NCBI GenBank assembly: GCA_951406725.2
Contig: OX597835.1
Location: forward strand, 18,290,001-18,354,000
Reading direction: 5' to 3'
Length of the DNA stretch: 64,000 nt
Source of the DNA: Octopus vulgaris
Lineage: Eukaryota
Made by a program: the position numbers and the translations under genes. Every line of letters starts with the position of its first letter. Within the stretch, counting starts at the first letter, position 1. The notes beneath the pieces were generated by a model. It worked only from the letters and a program-made list of their open reading frames with translations, searched no databases and had not been told where the DNA came from. Shown piece after piece: positions 26,279 to 40,475 of the stretch.

Positions 26279-28344
26279 TAGTAGATATATGACTTAAAAT
26301 TGATAAATAGTAAACTGTGGTCTACTTTCTTTTTTGAGCTCAACACTGATAAAAATATTCTTCATATTCAGCTCATATTAAAGTATTTACGAGACATGTA
26401 ACACATTGTATAGAAACATAGATGTTCAGAAAACAGTACCAGGTTTAAACGGAGGTGCCTTGTATGTCAATGGACAAACAACGAGAAATTTCGATAGGTA
26501 AATTTTTGTGTGACCGTTGGTGTATATAAACGGGCCAGTGATCAGAATCACATTTGAACACTTACTGAGAATTCTCAGGTGCGTTTTCCAGTGCATTTCC
26601 GCACCACAAAGAAATACAAAACTAGTTGATTTCTTATCCCAGTCAATATGGTAGATAATATGAGCAAATTGGCAGTATCAATTCGAGTTTTGTTGGTGAT
26701 TTAGCAGGCAAGTTAATCTAATCGAATCTGAGATGTCACGCAAACCTCTAGAGGTTAACAAACTTTATGATATTTAACTGAAGCTGTGTTAATGTGTAAA
26801 GGAACAAACAGACAATAGTTGCCATGTACGTTATTAGTGTATTTCTCTATGGTCAGAAGCATATTGAGCGATCTGATTTGAGGGTCTCCTTTATTGAGAA
26901 TTCCTCCTCAAAGACCATGTTCATCTTGTTCTGGCCAAGGAGGAATAGCTACTAATGTCTTTATAAACCCATCCAATTTAGTAGTATTAGCGAAGTAGCA
27001 ATTCCAATTTGCATAATATTATAACTTTTGCTGCTGGCTAATATAATTAAGCTCTAAATTATGCTGTAAGCATATGAGATATGAGATTAATACATCTATC
27101 CATGTACTGAAACTGTTGAAGTTTTAACATACGCTGCTGATGATTGTGTGAGAGTAAACTTAAGGTTCAAAATCAAACGAGACCTTATATTAATATTCAT
27201 TCCTACAGAAGCTCTATGGAAATGTATTTACATTTGATAGTTATTATAACTAACTGATCTTCCCTAAAAAAAATCGTATGGCTTAGAGACTACGATTAAA
27301 ACTATTACGAACGAGGTGGATTGACAAAATAGTTAGTGTCTTAAGAGTGTTTTATCATCACCAGTCATGTCCCTTGACGCTCTGAGTTTCAAAGCCTCGA
27401 CAAATTTGACCCCCACGCGAGGTCGGCTTTTCCTCTTCATAATTCCGTGGTCGATGATTAAAGTACTATTCAATGAATGTGCTAGATAAAAATCGATTGT
27501 TTCTTTTCCTACCAGGAATTAATTGCTAATATGAGATTCACTGAGAATTTTGTAGTCAACATCATAAATCATTATTATTTCCTAACGTGCCAAACTTGTG
27601 TCAAACTGCCAGAAGCCATTCAATTATACTGAAATCTGTGGATTGTTCGGATCACGGAAGATATTGACATATTAAAAGACACTGTGATAATTAGTGACTC
27701 CTTCTCCTTGTAATTTCAAATCTCGTGCGGCATCGACTGGGTTAGTGATCTACTTTTCTTGATAAATCTACATTAGTATTGAGGTGGTGTGGTTGCACGT
27801 CGGATAAAATGCTTAGCTGCGTTTTCCTTTTCCGGCTCTTAACGGTATGGTTTCAAATCTTATCGCGGTCATCTTCGTGTTTCATCCCTTCTAGGTCGGT
27901 AATATAAAGTGCTATTTCAATATTGGGGTCGATACACTCGACTTTTTTCTGCGTCACATAATTGCAGACTTGGATACCTGTAATAGACGGAATCTCTTTT
28001 ATGGGAAAAAACCTGTTATCTTGTGCGCTTATACACCAAGGGAACCAGGTCAGGTGTGCGTCCAATCCCTTCTGGGTCGATGATATTAAGTTCTATTTAA
28101 AAACTGGGGTCGAAATACTCGACCAGCTCCAGCTCCAGCTCCGCAAAATTGCCGGCTTTGATCTCCGCAATGAAGCGTCGTCCATCAAAGGGAAGAGCTG
28201 TGGTCTTGTGCACTTTCACGTCATGGAAACCAGGTATATAAAGACAATTAGTGAGTATTAGGGTTCAAGAAGCAGATACAAATTTCGTATTTAACTGAAA
28301 TTTCTATCCCAATATTATACACGTAACATTATTACATCTAATAG

Positions 28345-28780
28345 TTTTTGTCTTCCATGTGTTTCAGTTATTAGATTATAGCCATGATGGGGCACCATCT
28401 GGAAGGGTTCTTTAGTCAAATAAAAATCGACATCAGGATTTATGTTTTTCTTTTTTGTTTTCCGAAGTTAAATGCTTATTCTATTAAACCCCGTTGCCGA
28501 ACCGCTAAGTTACTGGGACGTAAATATACCAACCCCAGTTGTCAAAAAGTTACTTGATGATACACCTGCACACACAGACATATCTAAAGTCACCCATCGT
28601 TTATATATATATACACACACACACCAGCCGAAATTGCGAGGATGATCTGGTTCTTCACTGAGGATAGAAAGCTTCGAATGACCAATCCTTGTTTTTTTTT
28701 GTATCGTCTATCTGAATGTTTTGTTGTCCCTCTTTGTATCACCTAGTTGTCCGGCTGTTTTGCGTTCTTGTCCAATTTTG

Positions 28781-28830
<50 letters not shown>

Positions 28831-28990
28831 ACGACGGGTGTGTGTCAGTTTTCTTCTTACAAGGCTTATAAATCCACTTACAAGGCCTTTGGTGGACTGG
28901 GGCTATAGAAGAAGACACTTACTCAAAGTGCAACGTAGTCGGACTGATCCGAGAGTTATGCGGCTGGAAAGTAACCATCACGTCACACCC
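28345..28990 (-). mobile_element. Old SINE family A with a P1 (Penelope-like) fragment at 28624-28790 inside its internal microsatellite
   Basis: ttgccgaaccgctaagttac and aatccacttacaaggcc..gctatagaagaagacactt match family A; the insert carries cagccgaaattgcgagg..gcttcgaatgacc. Confidence 0.6.
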
Positions 28991-29599
28991 ACGAATTCAT
29001 CATGTATTCATACTTAATTTGTTAAAAGGGAGACTTCCAGTTATGCACAGCTTCTTGCAATGTGGTTACAGTAATTTATTCGATTTCAAATGAAAGATAG
29101 ATAAACGCCGAGAGAGAGAGAGAGAGTGTGTGATTGGATCCCAGCTCTTAAAATTAATGGAACGAAACACAGTCGTATTTTATCCCAATAACTACTGACA
29201 TTCCCAAACCTCAACACTTAGTATGTTTAATATAGTTACCAAGTTTTATCGGTAGATACCTTGAAATAGAATGCCTAAGGAACGTAATTGAAAATTACGA
29301 AAATGCAGATAACATTTTGAAAACGTTATTTAACATTCAATAAACATAGTATATATTTTACGTTTTATTTAACTATATATAAGAAAAGAAAATAAACACA
29401 AACAAATATTCTCGTAAAAGAAAAAAAACAATTTTTTTTTACAAACAAAGGGAGAAGATTTCCTGAGAAACTCATTTTTTTTTTGTATAATTCAGCTTGT
29501 GTTTTTTATTTTTTACAAAGGGGACTAGTGAAAATTATTCATCTATTAAATACACTTTTCTTTTCTCCTGTATGAATATAATGTTTATAATAGTAATAG

Positions 29600-30090
<491 letters not shown>

Positions 30091-30799
30091 GAACAATTAC
30101 AACAACAATAATAATGAATAAACAAATATATACGAAATGTTTCGAAAATAACTTCTCGACTCTTGATGATTACTACATTAATGTATGTATGTTTGAATGT
30201 ATGTATAGATTGATTGATAGATACGTATATACACATATATACACACAGACAAACACATACACACATATATATAAATATATATGTACATTTAAACATATGT
30301 GTATATGCATATCAGCACACACAAAAATACACGCACACATACTGTATCTCTACTTATGTGTATATGTTTTTGTGTGCGTATGTATGAGTAAGTACGTGTG
30401 TTTGTGTAGTTTTGTGTTTTTGTTATATGTAACTACGTACAGGGGAATGATTTGAAAAGAGTGAAAAGAAAAGAAATCAATACATTGGTTTAGTAAATAT
30501 TTATTATACATCGTGGTAGTCTTAGGTTTAATGAATCTGTTCCGCCGGGTTTCATGTTCGCATCGCTCAACATTCGTCGGACACTTGAATAATGAAGCCT
30601 GTTATGTCATGGTATTTATGGGTGATTTATTTCGCTTCCTCTCAAAGCATTAGCATGGTGCGTTTATGTCCATACATACATTAGTATACTAGTTTATGGG
30701 TCACGTTGCGAAAATGCATTAGATCTTTACTAAACTGGTTCGGTACCAGGCTTAATATACGCGCTTCCTTGGAGTGAAGGGCGGACTGCTTTTGCAAAT

Positions 30800-31156
30800 T
30801 GTTGCAACGTCTGTATTCTTCTCCTCACACACACACACACACACACAGACACACACACAGACACGGACACACACACGCGGACACATTAATGGACATACAC
30901 ACACACATGCAAAGATAAAAAAGGACACAGACATGCGCTGTTGCAACGTCTGTATTCTTCTCCTCACACACACACACACACAGACACACACACACAAACA
31001 CACACACACGGGGAAACACACACACATGCAAAGACAAAAAAGGACACAGACATGCGTTGTTGCAACGTCTGTATTCTTCTCCTCACACACTCACACACAG
31101 ACACACATACACGGATACACACACACACATGCAAAGACAAAAAAGGACACAGACAT
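30800..31156. repeat. Three-copy minisatellite (~100-140 bp) with variable (CA)n core
   Basis: tgttgcaacgtctgtattcttctcctcacac...catgcaaaga(t/c)aaaaaaggacacagacat begins at about 30800, 30939 and 31058. Confidence 0.9.
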
Positions 31157-31898
31157 ACGCTCACGCCCACACAGATGCACACACATACGCATACGCGCAC
31201 ATACGGAAACATGCATACAGAAGTACACACGTACACACAAACACACAGGCAGCCACACACATATGAAGGTGCATACATACACACGAACACACACACACAG
31301 TGAGAAACACACATAAGAGACACTGAGACACAGGCACATGCTCAAACACACGGACACCCAAACACAAAAACACGCTGGTAAACACATGCCCACCCAGCAG
31401 CGTTCCGTTTCTAGCCTCAATCTTTTAGAAGAAGATGGAAAAACTCAATATTAATGATTTAGGGAACAACTACGAAACCACCCTGTATGACGTGTTAAAT
31501 GGCGAAATTATATGGACCTATGGAGTTATATATTTATGTATTTATAATAAAGGCAGTATAGATGTTGTAGAATGTGTAACATACTTTCTATGCTATAGAA
31601 TCGGACACACGCGGACACACGCGCACGCATACACATGCTCATACACACACACAGATATACAGCAATATTTTCAAAATTTATCAAACGAGAGAAGCGTCAT
31701 ATGGGTGAACGTATGCTTTTGCGAAGGAAACAAAGAGTAAATCAAAACCGTTTCCTTATGTATATGAAAAACGACACTAGTCAGTATTTAACAAACATGC
31801 TCACATACAGATACACGCAGGCAAAATCACACGCACAAATACATACACACTGATGAACTCATCTCGGAGAGATCTCAGACAAAGCCCAACATTGGAAC

Positions 31899-32287
31899 AT
31901 GTCGAAGCACTCCGTCGGTTACGACGACGAGGGTTCCGGTTGATCCGAATCAACGGAACAGCCTGCTCGTGAAATTAACGTGTAAGTGGCTGAGTACTCC
32001 ACAGACACGTGTACCCTTAACGTAGTTCTCGGGGATATTCAGCGTGACACGAGAGTGACAAGTTCCGGCCCTTTGAAATACAGGTACAACAGAAAGAGGA
32101 AGTAAGAGTGAGAGAAAGTTGTGGTGAAAGAGTAGAGCAGGGAACACCACCACCCCCTGCCGGATCCTCGTGGAGTTTTTAGGTGTTTTCGCTCAATAAA
32201 CACTCACAACGCCCGGTCTGGGAATCGAAACTGCGATCCTATAACCGCGAGTCCGCTGCCCTACCCACTGGGCCATTGTGCCTCCAC
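31899..32287 (-). mobile_element. SINE family B, full length
   Basis: Reverse complement of 42836-43224; TSD acattggaac (31889-31898 / 32288-32297). Confidence 0.92.
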
Positions 32288-32541
32288 ACATTGGAACGTA
32301 CGTTCAGAATAAATGGAAGTAGAAGGACGTGCAACTAAAGAGGCTGCAACAATGCGATGCGATAATTATTTGATAAAAGTAAGAAAAGAGAGATAAGAAT
32401 AGGAACAATACTGAACAATAACAATACGGGGCCGAACCAGTGCGTGTGTTTATTATTACCGGCATAATGCCCCTCCTAATGTTCAACAGTGTTTCTTCCA
32501 CGAATTCACATCACGAAACTTGCAAACCAAATACAGATACG

Positions 32542-32594
<53 letters not shown>

Positions 32595-32600
<6 letters not shown>

Positions 32601-33017
32601 TAAGAGAGTAACCACTATGTGGTCGACTTTAGCACTAAAAATAGATCCGCTAGATTTCAGCCACAAAGATTTGTTTCCGATGAAAGTTAGCACGACTACT
32701 AGCGCAAACGAACAGGGCAAATAAAAATAACAAAAATGCAGATTAGTTCGGAACAATTGTTTCGCTATTAATAAATTATGTAATTTTACTCACATAACAT
32801 ATCTGTAGCTCTCAGGCGATAACTTTCATCGGAGACAATTCTTTGTGGCTGAAAACTAGCGGATCTATTTTTAGTGCTAGAGTCCACCACTTAGTGGTTA
32901 CTCTCTTATATTTATGTATAAAATTTATTGTATTCCTGGTTCTTATGCACTAAGCCACTTGGTGTTAAATGGATGTACTATTAAATTAGTATCCAATGTT
33001 CTCACCCTTATTAGTTG

Positions 33018-33020
<3 letters not shown>
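32595..33020 (-). mobile_element. Penelope-like terminus with ~95-bp inverted arms
   Basis: Arms 32595-32689 and 32820-32914 are reverse complements; the spacer holds a hammerhead-like motif; (TA)n flanks both sides. Confidence 0.6.
32751..32815 (-). ncRNA. Hammerhead-like motif (one base missing from CUGANGA)
   Basis: Reverse complement reads CTGA-GA GCTA[cagatatg TTATGT gagtaaaatt ACATAA tttattaa]TAGC GAAAC AATT GTTC, with a palindromic stem III (acaattgt). Confidence 0.45.
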
Positions 33021-33065
<45 letters not shown>

Positions 33066-33068
<3 letters not shown>

Positions 33069-33225
33069 AATCACTCAAAATGAAGAGCAAAGAAAAGAAG
33101 AAAAACAACAACGTGAGGATGTGGTACATGCAAAGTATTTGCAGACGCTAAGGGAGGGAGAGAAAGGTGGCTTTACGTTTTGAGCAATGCTCTTCGTCAG
33201 AAACAGGAGACAGAGGAAAGTCCGT
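33066..33225 (-). mobile_element. Penelope-like 3' terminus with mutated minimal hammerhead (33174-33200)
   Basis: Reverse complement reads CTGACGA-a-GAGC[att]GCTC-aAAAC-GTA (GAAA mutated to AAAA), followed by a T-rich tail ending at (TA)n. Confidence 0.55.
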
Positions 33226-33506
33226 GTGGAAATTTAGACGGAGGAGAGCAATCGCCAACGATTCACATGTGGTCACCACGTATGAGTGCTCGTTTTTCGT
33301 TTTGCCGAACGACCGACACAAATGGTTTCTTTATACTGGGCAAATATATATTAGCAGGATGTTAGCCCGCGTCCTCTATGAAATCGAAGTTGCCTATGGG
33401 CCGGTGCACGGGGTAAGACACGTCAGGTGTAGAAGTGATCGTAGTGTAACGTCACTTTTGATCAAGAACACACCACACCACATGGTCTAAGAACTGAAAC
33501 CACGTT

Positions 33507-33559
<53 letters not shown>

Positions 33560-33564
<5 letters not shown>

Positions 33565-33760
33565 TAGTTATCGCCATACTAATATGGCAGTCTTATAAAT
33601 ATAAGACTAAAGCTGTCACTGATTAGCTCCAAGAGGCCACCGCCTCAAGCTAGCTATTTGACACACGAAACTGCGTCCATTAGCCTCTTGGAGCTAATCA
33701 GCGACAGCTTTAGTCCTATATTTATAAGACTGCCATATTAGTATGGCGATAACTATTAAT
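33560..33760. repeat. Near-perfect 78-bp inverted repeat with 45-nt spacer
   Basis: Arms 33560-33637 and 33683-33760 differ at 2 positions; the spacer contains cgaaac-tgc-gtc. Confidence 0.9.
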
Positions 33761-33839
33761 TTCCAGTAATGCTGCCGTAATCTCCTTTAGAGAGACTTAG
33801 TAATTTTAATATTTCTATTATATATATATATATATATAT

Positions 33840-34142
33840 AGCCTGGGTTTCAGAGGTCCACAGCTCATCAATAGCCTCCCGAAGGACCTGAGAGAGTTGC
33901 ATGTGGTGGATGCGGATGTCTTTAAAATAAAGCTGGACCTCTTCCTGTCAGGTCTCCCAGATGAACCAACTTCACGGCAGGAGGTGCAGATGAGGACAGC
34001 TGCATCAAACTCTGTCATGCACGAAATGTCAATTGCTAAAATGCATTCGTGAAGTAAAATCATGTAGTAACCCCGAATGACGGTGCCCCAGCATGGCCAC
34101 AGCTCGTGAGCTGAAACTAGATGAAAATGAAAATGAAAAAAA
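33840..34142 (+). mobile_element. CR1/L2-group LINE 3' end (ORF2 C-terminus, 3' UTR and tail)
   Basis: 33840-34052 translates SLGFRGPQLINSLPKDLRELHVVDADVFKIKLDLFLSGLPDEP...AASNS..*, matching the N.LP / FK..LD.FL C-terminal pattern; tail (tgaaaa)n. Confidence 0.82.
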
Positions 34143-34174
34143 AATGTTATATACACATACATACATACATATAT

Positions 34175-34418
34175 ATTTCTTTACTATCCACAAGGGGCTA
34201 AACATAGGGGGGACAAACAAGGATAGACAAAGGGATTAAGTCGATTACATCGACCCCAGTGCGAAACTGGTACTTTATTTATCGATCCCGAAAGGATGAA
34301 AAGCAAAGTCGACCTCGGCGGAATTTGAACTCAGAACGTAACGGCAGACGAAATACTGCTAAGCATTTCGCCCGGCGTGCTAAGCATTTCGCCCGGCGTT
34401 CTGCCAGCTTGCCGCCTT
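34175..34418 (-). mobile_element. SINE family C with a 21-bp internal tandem duplication
   Basis: gctaagcatttcgcccggcgt occurs twice in tandem. Confidence 0.9.
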
Positions 34419-34899
34419 TATACATACATATATACATACATACACACAAACATACACACATATGTTTGTGAGCGTATGTTGGTTCGTGCTTGCTTCTGCT
34501 CTGTCTAATATATTCTGTACGTACCTAGAGAGTTCCTGAATGTTCTGAAGGGTATATTTCACATGGTATAAAGAAATATCCATATTTCATTGGACAAAAC
34601 AGACTCTCAGACATTCTATTCATATAAAGTTTACACATGATATCTTTTTCCTTACATCGTGTCATTACTACCACCGACACCATAATCAGCGTGACAACTA
34701 CAAAAAGAAAAACCAAAAAAAAAAAAATAAAAAAATAAACAACAACAAGAAACAATAACGTTAGAATGACGATATTTGCTAAAAACAATAGCGAAAATAC
34801 CTTCACGCAAATTGCAACGAACTCTGTTTTTGTTTTTTTTTTTCCTTTCCAAAACAGAATTAATAAAATGAAGGAAAGGTCAAGACAATGCAAAATAAC

Positions 34900-35760
<861 letters not shown>

Positions 35761-36598
35761 TTGCTATTGTTATTGTTGTTAATGTGTTTTATGATGATTT
35801 TTTTCTTCTTCTTTTCCTTTATTGTTATTAGAACGCTGGACATAAATACGAGTTGTGTAACGGCTAATTTCTGTTTTCTACGAGAAGCAAAGCAATTTTA
35901 ACTAGATAAATAATTTTCCTCAACTTATTAACTCCAGGCTCTGCTTCAACAGTACACATAAGCTTTACAATTTCTCTTCATTACGGTTATTACCAGTGAT
36001 GTTGGCGATTCTATACCATAGAAAGTATGTTACACATTCTACAACATCTATACTGCCTTTATTATAAATACTTAAATATATAACTATATATATATAACTA
36101 TACAGGCCCATATAGTTTCGCCATTTAACACGTCATACGGGGTGGTTTCGTAGTTGTTCCCTAAATCATTAATATTGAGTTTCTCTATCTTCTGCTAAAA
36201 GATTGAGGCTAGAAACGGAACGCTACGGATTAAAATACTCAACTCATAAACGAAATGCAACCTGGTATACCACAAAATAGTACAAAAATAATGAGTAATA
36301 CTCTTTTAAAACTCTGGCGACTCTATGGCAAAATCGTTACCACGCCTGTAAAAATCCTAGGAGGCATTTCATCCTTCTCTATGCTCTGAACTCAAATTCA
36401 GCCGGGGCCTAGGAAGTCTAATATAATACTATTCCATTTAAATCCTAAAGTGTCAATCTAGGTTTAAAAGATAACTTTCTGGTCATATCCTATTTCACAA
36501 AAAAAAAATTGTTATCCTTTGCACAGAACGCACACATCTCCCATCTAAATTCTATTTACAATAAAACTATCAAACACCAAACTCGTCAGGTTTATATG

Positions 36599-36663
<65 letters not shown>

Positions 36664-37357
36664 TATATATATAATACATAAATTTGGACTTTTTATGAAG
36701 AAAAATATTATATAATATTTATATAAATTGGATTTAATCCTAAATCTGATTTTTTCCCTGACAAAATAATTTGAAGTGCTGAAAAATAATTTAAGGGAGA
36801 GTGTATTTAATTAGGTGAAAGTTCTTTTTACCGGTTGCGCATTTGTTATACTTATCAAAAGATATTTTTTTAAGAGAGATAGAGTTCCTTTCTGATAGAT
36901 CTTTTTCTCTTATCTATATATATATATACACACACAGAAACGCACACATCTCTAAATACATGTCCATTAAAAGTAACTATAGGTAGACAGAGAAACAGGT
37001 AGATTGATATAGGTATATACGTGCAAAATATATCATGAGATTATATCTAATAGTACATACATGAGACATACATCTAGGTTTAATAGATAACTTTCTGGTC
37101 ATATCCTATTTCACAAAAAAACTTTGTTATCCTTTGCACAGAAAGCATACATCTCCCATCTAAATTCTATTTACAATAAGACTATCAAACACTAAATTCG
37201 TCAGGTATCAAAAAGACATGGTAATACTTTGAATAAACCTGCATTCATAGTACAACTTGGATGAACCTTTTTACGGGTATGAACCAACAAAATACAACTA
37301 AATGACACATCTTAAAATGCAGTTGAAACAGGTGTCGGGTATTGATTTGAAGTAGAT

Positions 37358-37776
37358 AGGAGTGGCTGTGTGGTAAGTAGCTTGCTAACCAACCACGTGC
37401 TTACGGGTTCAGTCCCACTACGTGGCACCTTGGGCAAGTGTCTTCTGCTATAACCCCAGGCCGACCAATGCCTTGTGAGTGGATTTGGTAGACGGAAACT
37501 GAAAGAAGCCTGTCGTATATATGTATATATATATATAAGTGTGTGTATATGTTTGTGTGTCTGTGTTTGTCCCCCTAGCATTGCTTGACAACTGATGCCG
37601 GTGTGTTTACGTCCCCGTCACTTAGCGGTTCGGCAAAAAGAGACCCGATAGAATAAGTACTGGGCTTACAAAGAATAAGTCCCGGGGTCGATTTGCTCGA
37701 CTAAAGGCAGTGCTCCAGCATGGCCGCAGTCAAATGACTGAAACAAGTAAAAGAGTAAAAGAGTAAAGAGTAAAAG
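37358..37776 (+). mobile_element. SINE family A, near full length
   Basis: Near-identical to 59118-59515. Confidence 0.92.
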
Positions 37777-38144
37777 TATTGTGTTTATAATACAGTAATA
37801 AAGAGCTTCGATGTGTCAATGTTATCCATTCTTACATTAATGTCTCGAATGTACACTCTGTATAAAATCTAAATAAAACAAAGTAAGGATTAACCTGTGA
37901 AATACCGTGTAACAGCTTATGTAAACAATTTTCTGTATTTCCATATTTTACGCTGTGGTTACCCAGTACCTGAATTGCACTAGCATACTTGTGAGATATT
38001 CCTTATTCATCTAGGTTTTATATATATATATATATATATATACATATATGTATGTATGTACGTATATATGTATGTATCTGTGAGTGTGTGAGTGTCTGTG
38101 TGTGCGTGCGTGTGCGTACGTGTGTGTGTGTCATTGTGTGTAAG

Positions 38145-38176
<32 letters not shown>

Positions 38177-38179
38177 AAT

Positions 38180-38295
38180 GTAAAAAAATACAAACTGGGA
38201 CAAGAACGTGAAACATTTAGAAGACGATATTCGAAGCCTTCAATCATTAGTCAAGAACCGGATCATCTTCGCAATTTCGGCTGATTAATCTGATT
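38180..38295 (-). mobile_element. Penelope-like family P1 fragment
   Basis: attcgaagcct..aatc.t.agtca.gaac.ggatca.ctt.gcaatttcggctgattaat aligns to 5368-5428. Confidence 0.5.
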
Positions 38296-38684
38296 ATATA
38301 TATATATAAATATACATATACAGATGGAGAGAGAGAGAGAGAGAGATAAGTATATGTCTACGTATGAAAAGATACAGATAAATACACAAGCACAAACACA
38401 TATGTATATATAAACATATATATATATATACACAGAAACGCAACATCTCTAAATATATGTCCATTAAAAAATAACTATAGATAGACAGATAAACAGCTAG
38501 ATTAATATAGGTATATACCTGCAAAATATATCATGAGATTATATCTAATAGTACATACATGAGACTCGTATTTGAATTATTAAACCATATATTTATAAAA
38601 CAAATAGCAGGTGCTTAGGTCTGGCTTTGATTAATGTTTTTCCAATATCAGTCTATCTATTAATCCATCTATCTACATATGTTC

Positions 38685-38762
<78 letters not shown>

Positions 38763-39226
38763 GTACGCATATACATAAGAATATATATATACACACACAT
38801 ACATACTTACATAAATATGTATATATTTATGTATATATAATGTACTTTAGCTTTTTTCCGAGTTTTACTAATGCCATCCATCATATATTGTTTTCTTTAA
38901 CGATAATATATACAAAATATTTCTGGTCAAATATACTTTTATTGTGTAGCTCTACTGTGTGTCGGTGACGAATCTATTCAGTAGTCGCTTACTATTGTCA
39001 CTACGCAGTTTGTCTGTATGGCTGAAATAAATATCAGAAACTGATAACGTGTGGAGTCGTAGTACACTTTCACGTTTTCGTTTCGTTATTGTGAAGGAAA
39101 AATAGCGAGGGCCTTGCAAATAAACACACAGAAACACACTCACATACATATAAGCTTCAATACATACATATATGCATGAATATATGTATCTACGTATATA
39201 GGCAAGTATGTACATATATGTATGTA

Positions 39227-40362
39227 TTAGGTTGTCATGAAAGTTCTTGCGGAATTTTTAATTTGTGTTTTAAATGGTGTATTTTCCAATTCATTTTCTT
39301 TAATTTACTTTCATTGTATATATCATTTTAAATCCCGTTACTCGCTCTATCTAATCGTGTTACTCTTTATCTCCTTGAAAAATTAGGCCATTTTTTTCGG
39401 GAACGTTGTATACAACATGGACAGAAAGCAAATTCGCTCAATTTTCTTATTCCAGTTCAAGCTAGGCCAAAATGCTGCTGAAGCAGTTCGCGATATCAAC
39501 GATGCGTTTGGCTCAGGAACCACTAATGAACGTACAGCAAAATGGTGGTTCAAGAAATTTCTCGAGCGGTGACGAAATATGATAAGCGTAGTGGTCGGCC
39601 ATCAGATGTTGACAACGATCAACTAAGAGCCTTAATCGAAGCCAATCCACGCACGGACTGTTCGAGAGTTTGCTTCTGAATTAGACGTAACGCATACGAC
39701 AGATTCCAACCATTTGAAAGAGATTGGAAAAACAAAAATACTTGAGAAATCGGTGCCGCAAGAACTGAACGACAGGCAAAAAAATAAATTCAGTGGACCC
39801 TGTAGGTTACAATGCTTCCCTGAAAATGCTTGATTAAGTTGTCGGAATATTTTAATTAAATATCTTAATGCTTTTACAAGAATTACTTTTCTCAACTTCT
39901 AAATCTGTGGCTACTGGACGGTCGTGTGGTAAAAAGTTTATTTCCCAGCCACTCGGCCCAGAATTCAGCGGACCCTTGTGCAAGTGGTCTCTTCTATAGC
40001 CTTAGGCCTAAGTGATGTTGACAGTAGGATGCTGAAAGTAGCCCGTCTCATATGTGTGTGTGTACGTGTGTATATGTGTGTACGTATGTCGTGTATTAGT
40101 TTTTGTATGTGTTTGTCTCCCAACACCGCTACAGATAAGGTTTTGGTTTGAACACATACCCCACGTTACGCAACGTTTCAGCTACCATGACCAATTGAAC
40201 AAATACCAGGTTTAAATAAATTAAGAACTTGGATCGATCAGTTCGCCGTGTCATCTTCCCTTCTTTTACGCAACAAGAACGATCCGTTTCTCGAACGGAT
40301 TGTGACTTCCGATTACAAGTGTTTTTTTTTACGACAACCGGCGACGCTCAGCTCAGTGGTTG
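39227..40362 (+). mobile_element. Mariner (Hsmar1/cecropia-like) 5' half with transposase pseudogene, split by a 450-bp insert
   Basis: Left TIR ttaggttgtc follows TA. From ATG 39417: MDRKQIRSIFLFQFKLGQNAAEAVRDINDAFGSGTTNERTAKWWFKKF..RSGRPSDVDNDQLRALIEANP..VPQELNDRQKN, resuming at about 40245 with VSSSLLLRNKNDPFLERIVTSD..YDNRRRSAQW. No right TIR seen. Confidence 0.9.
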
Positions 40363-40475
40363 CAGGTCACCTGCGAAGGACCGGTGTCCCATCCAGGTGG
40401 GGAACCTATACGCCAAAGAAACCGGGAAACCGGCCCTTATGAGCCAGATATGGCTCGAGAAGGAACAAACAAAAA
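40363..40475 (+). mobile_element. 3' tail of SINE subfamily B2
   Basis: ctgcgaaggaccggtgtcccatccag..tacgcca..gaaaccgggaaac.ggccctt aligns to the reverse complement of 60405-60500. Confidence 0.6.

Noticed and set aside
30800-31156. CRISPR-like repeat-spacer pattern
   Set aside because: Only three units, spacers are CA microsatellite, no cas genes, and the context is eukaryotic.
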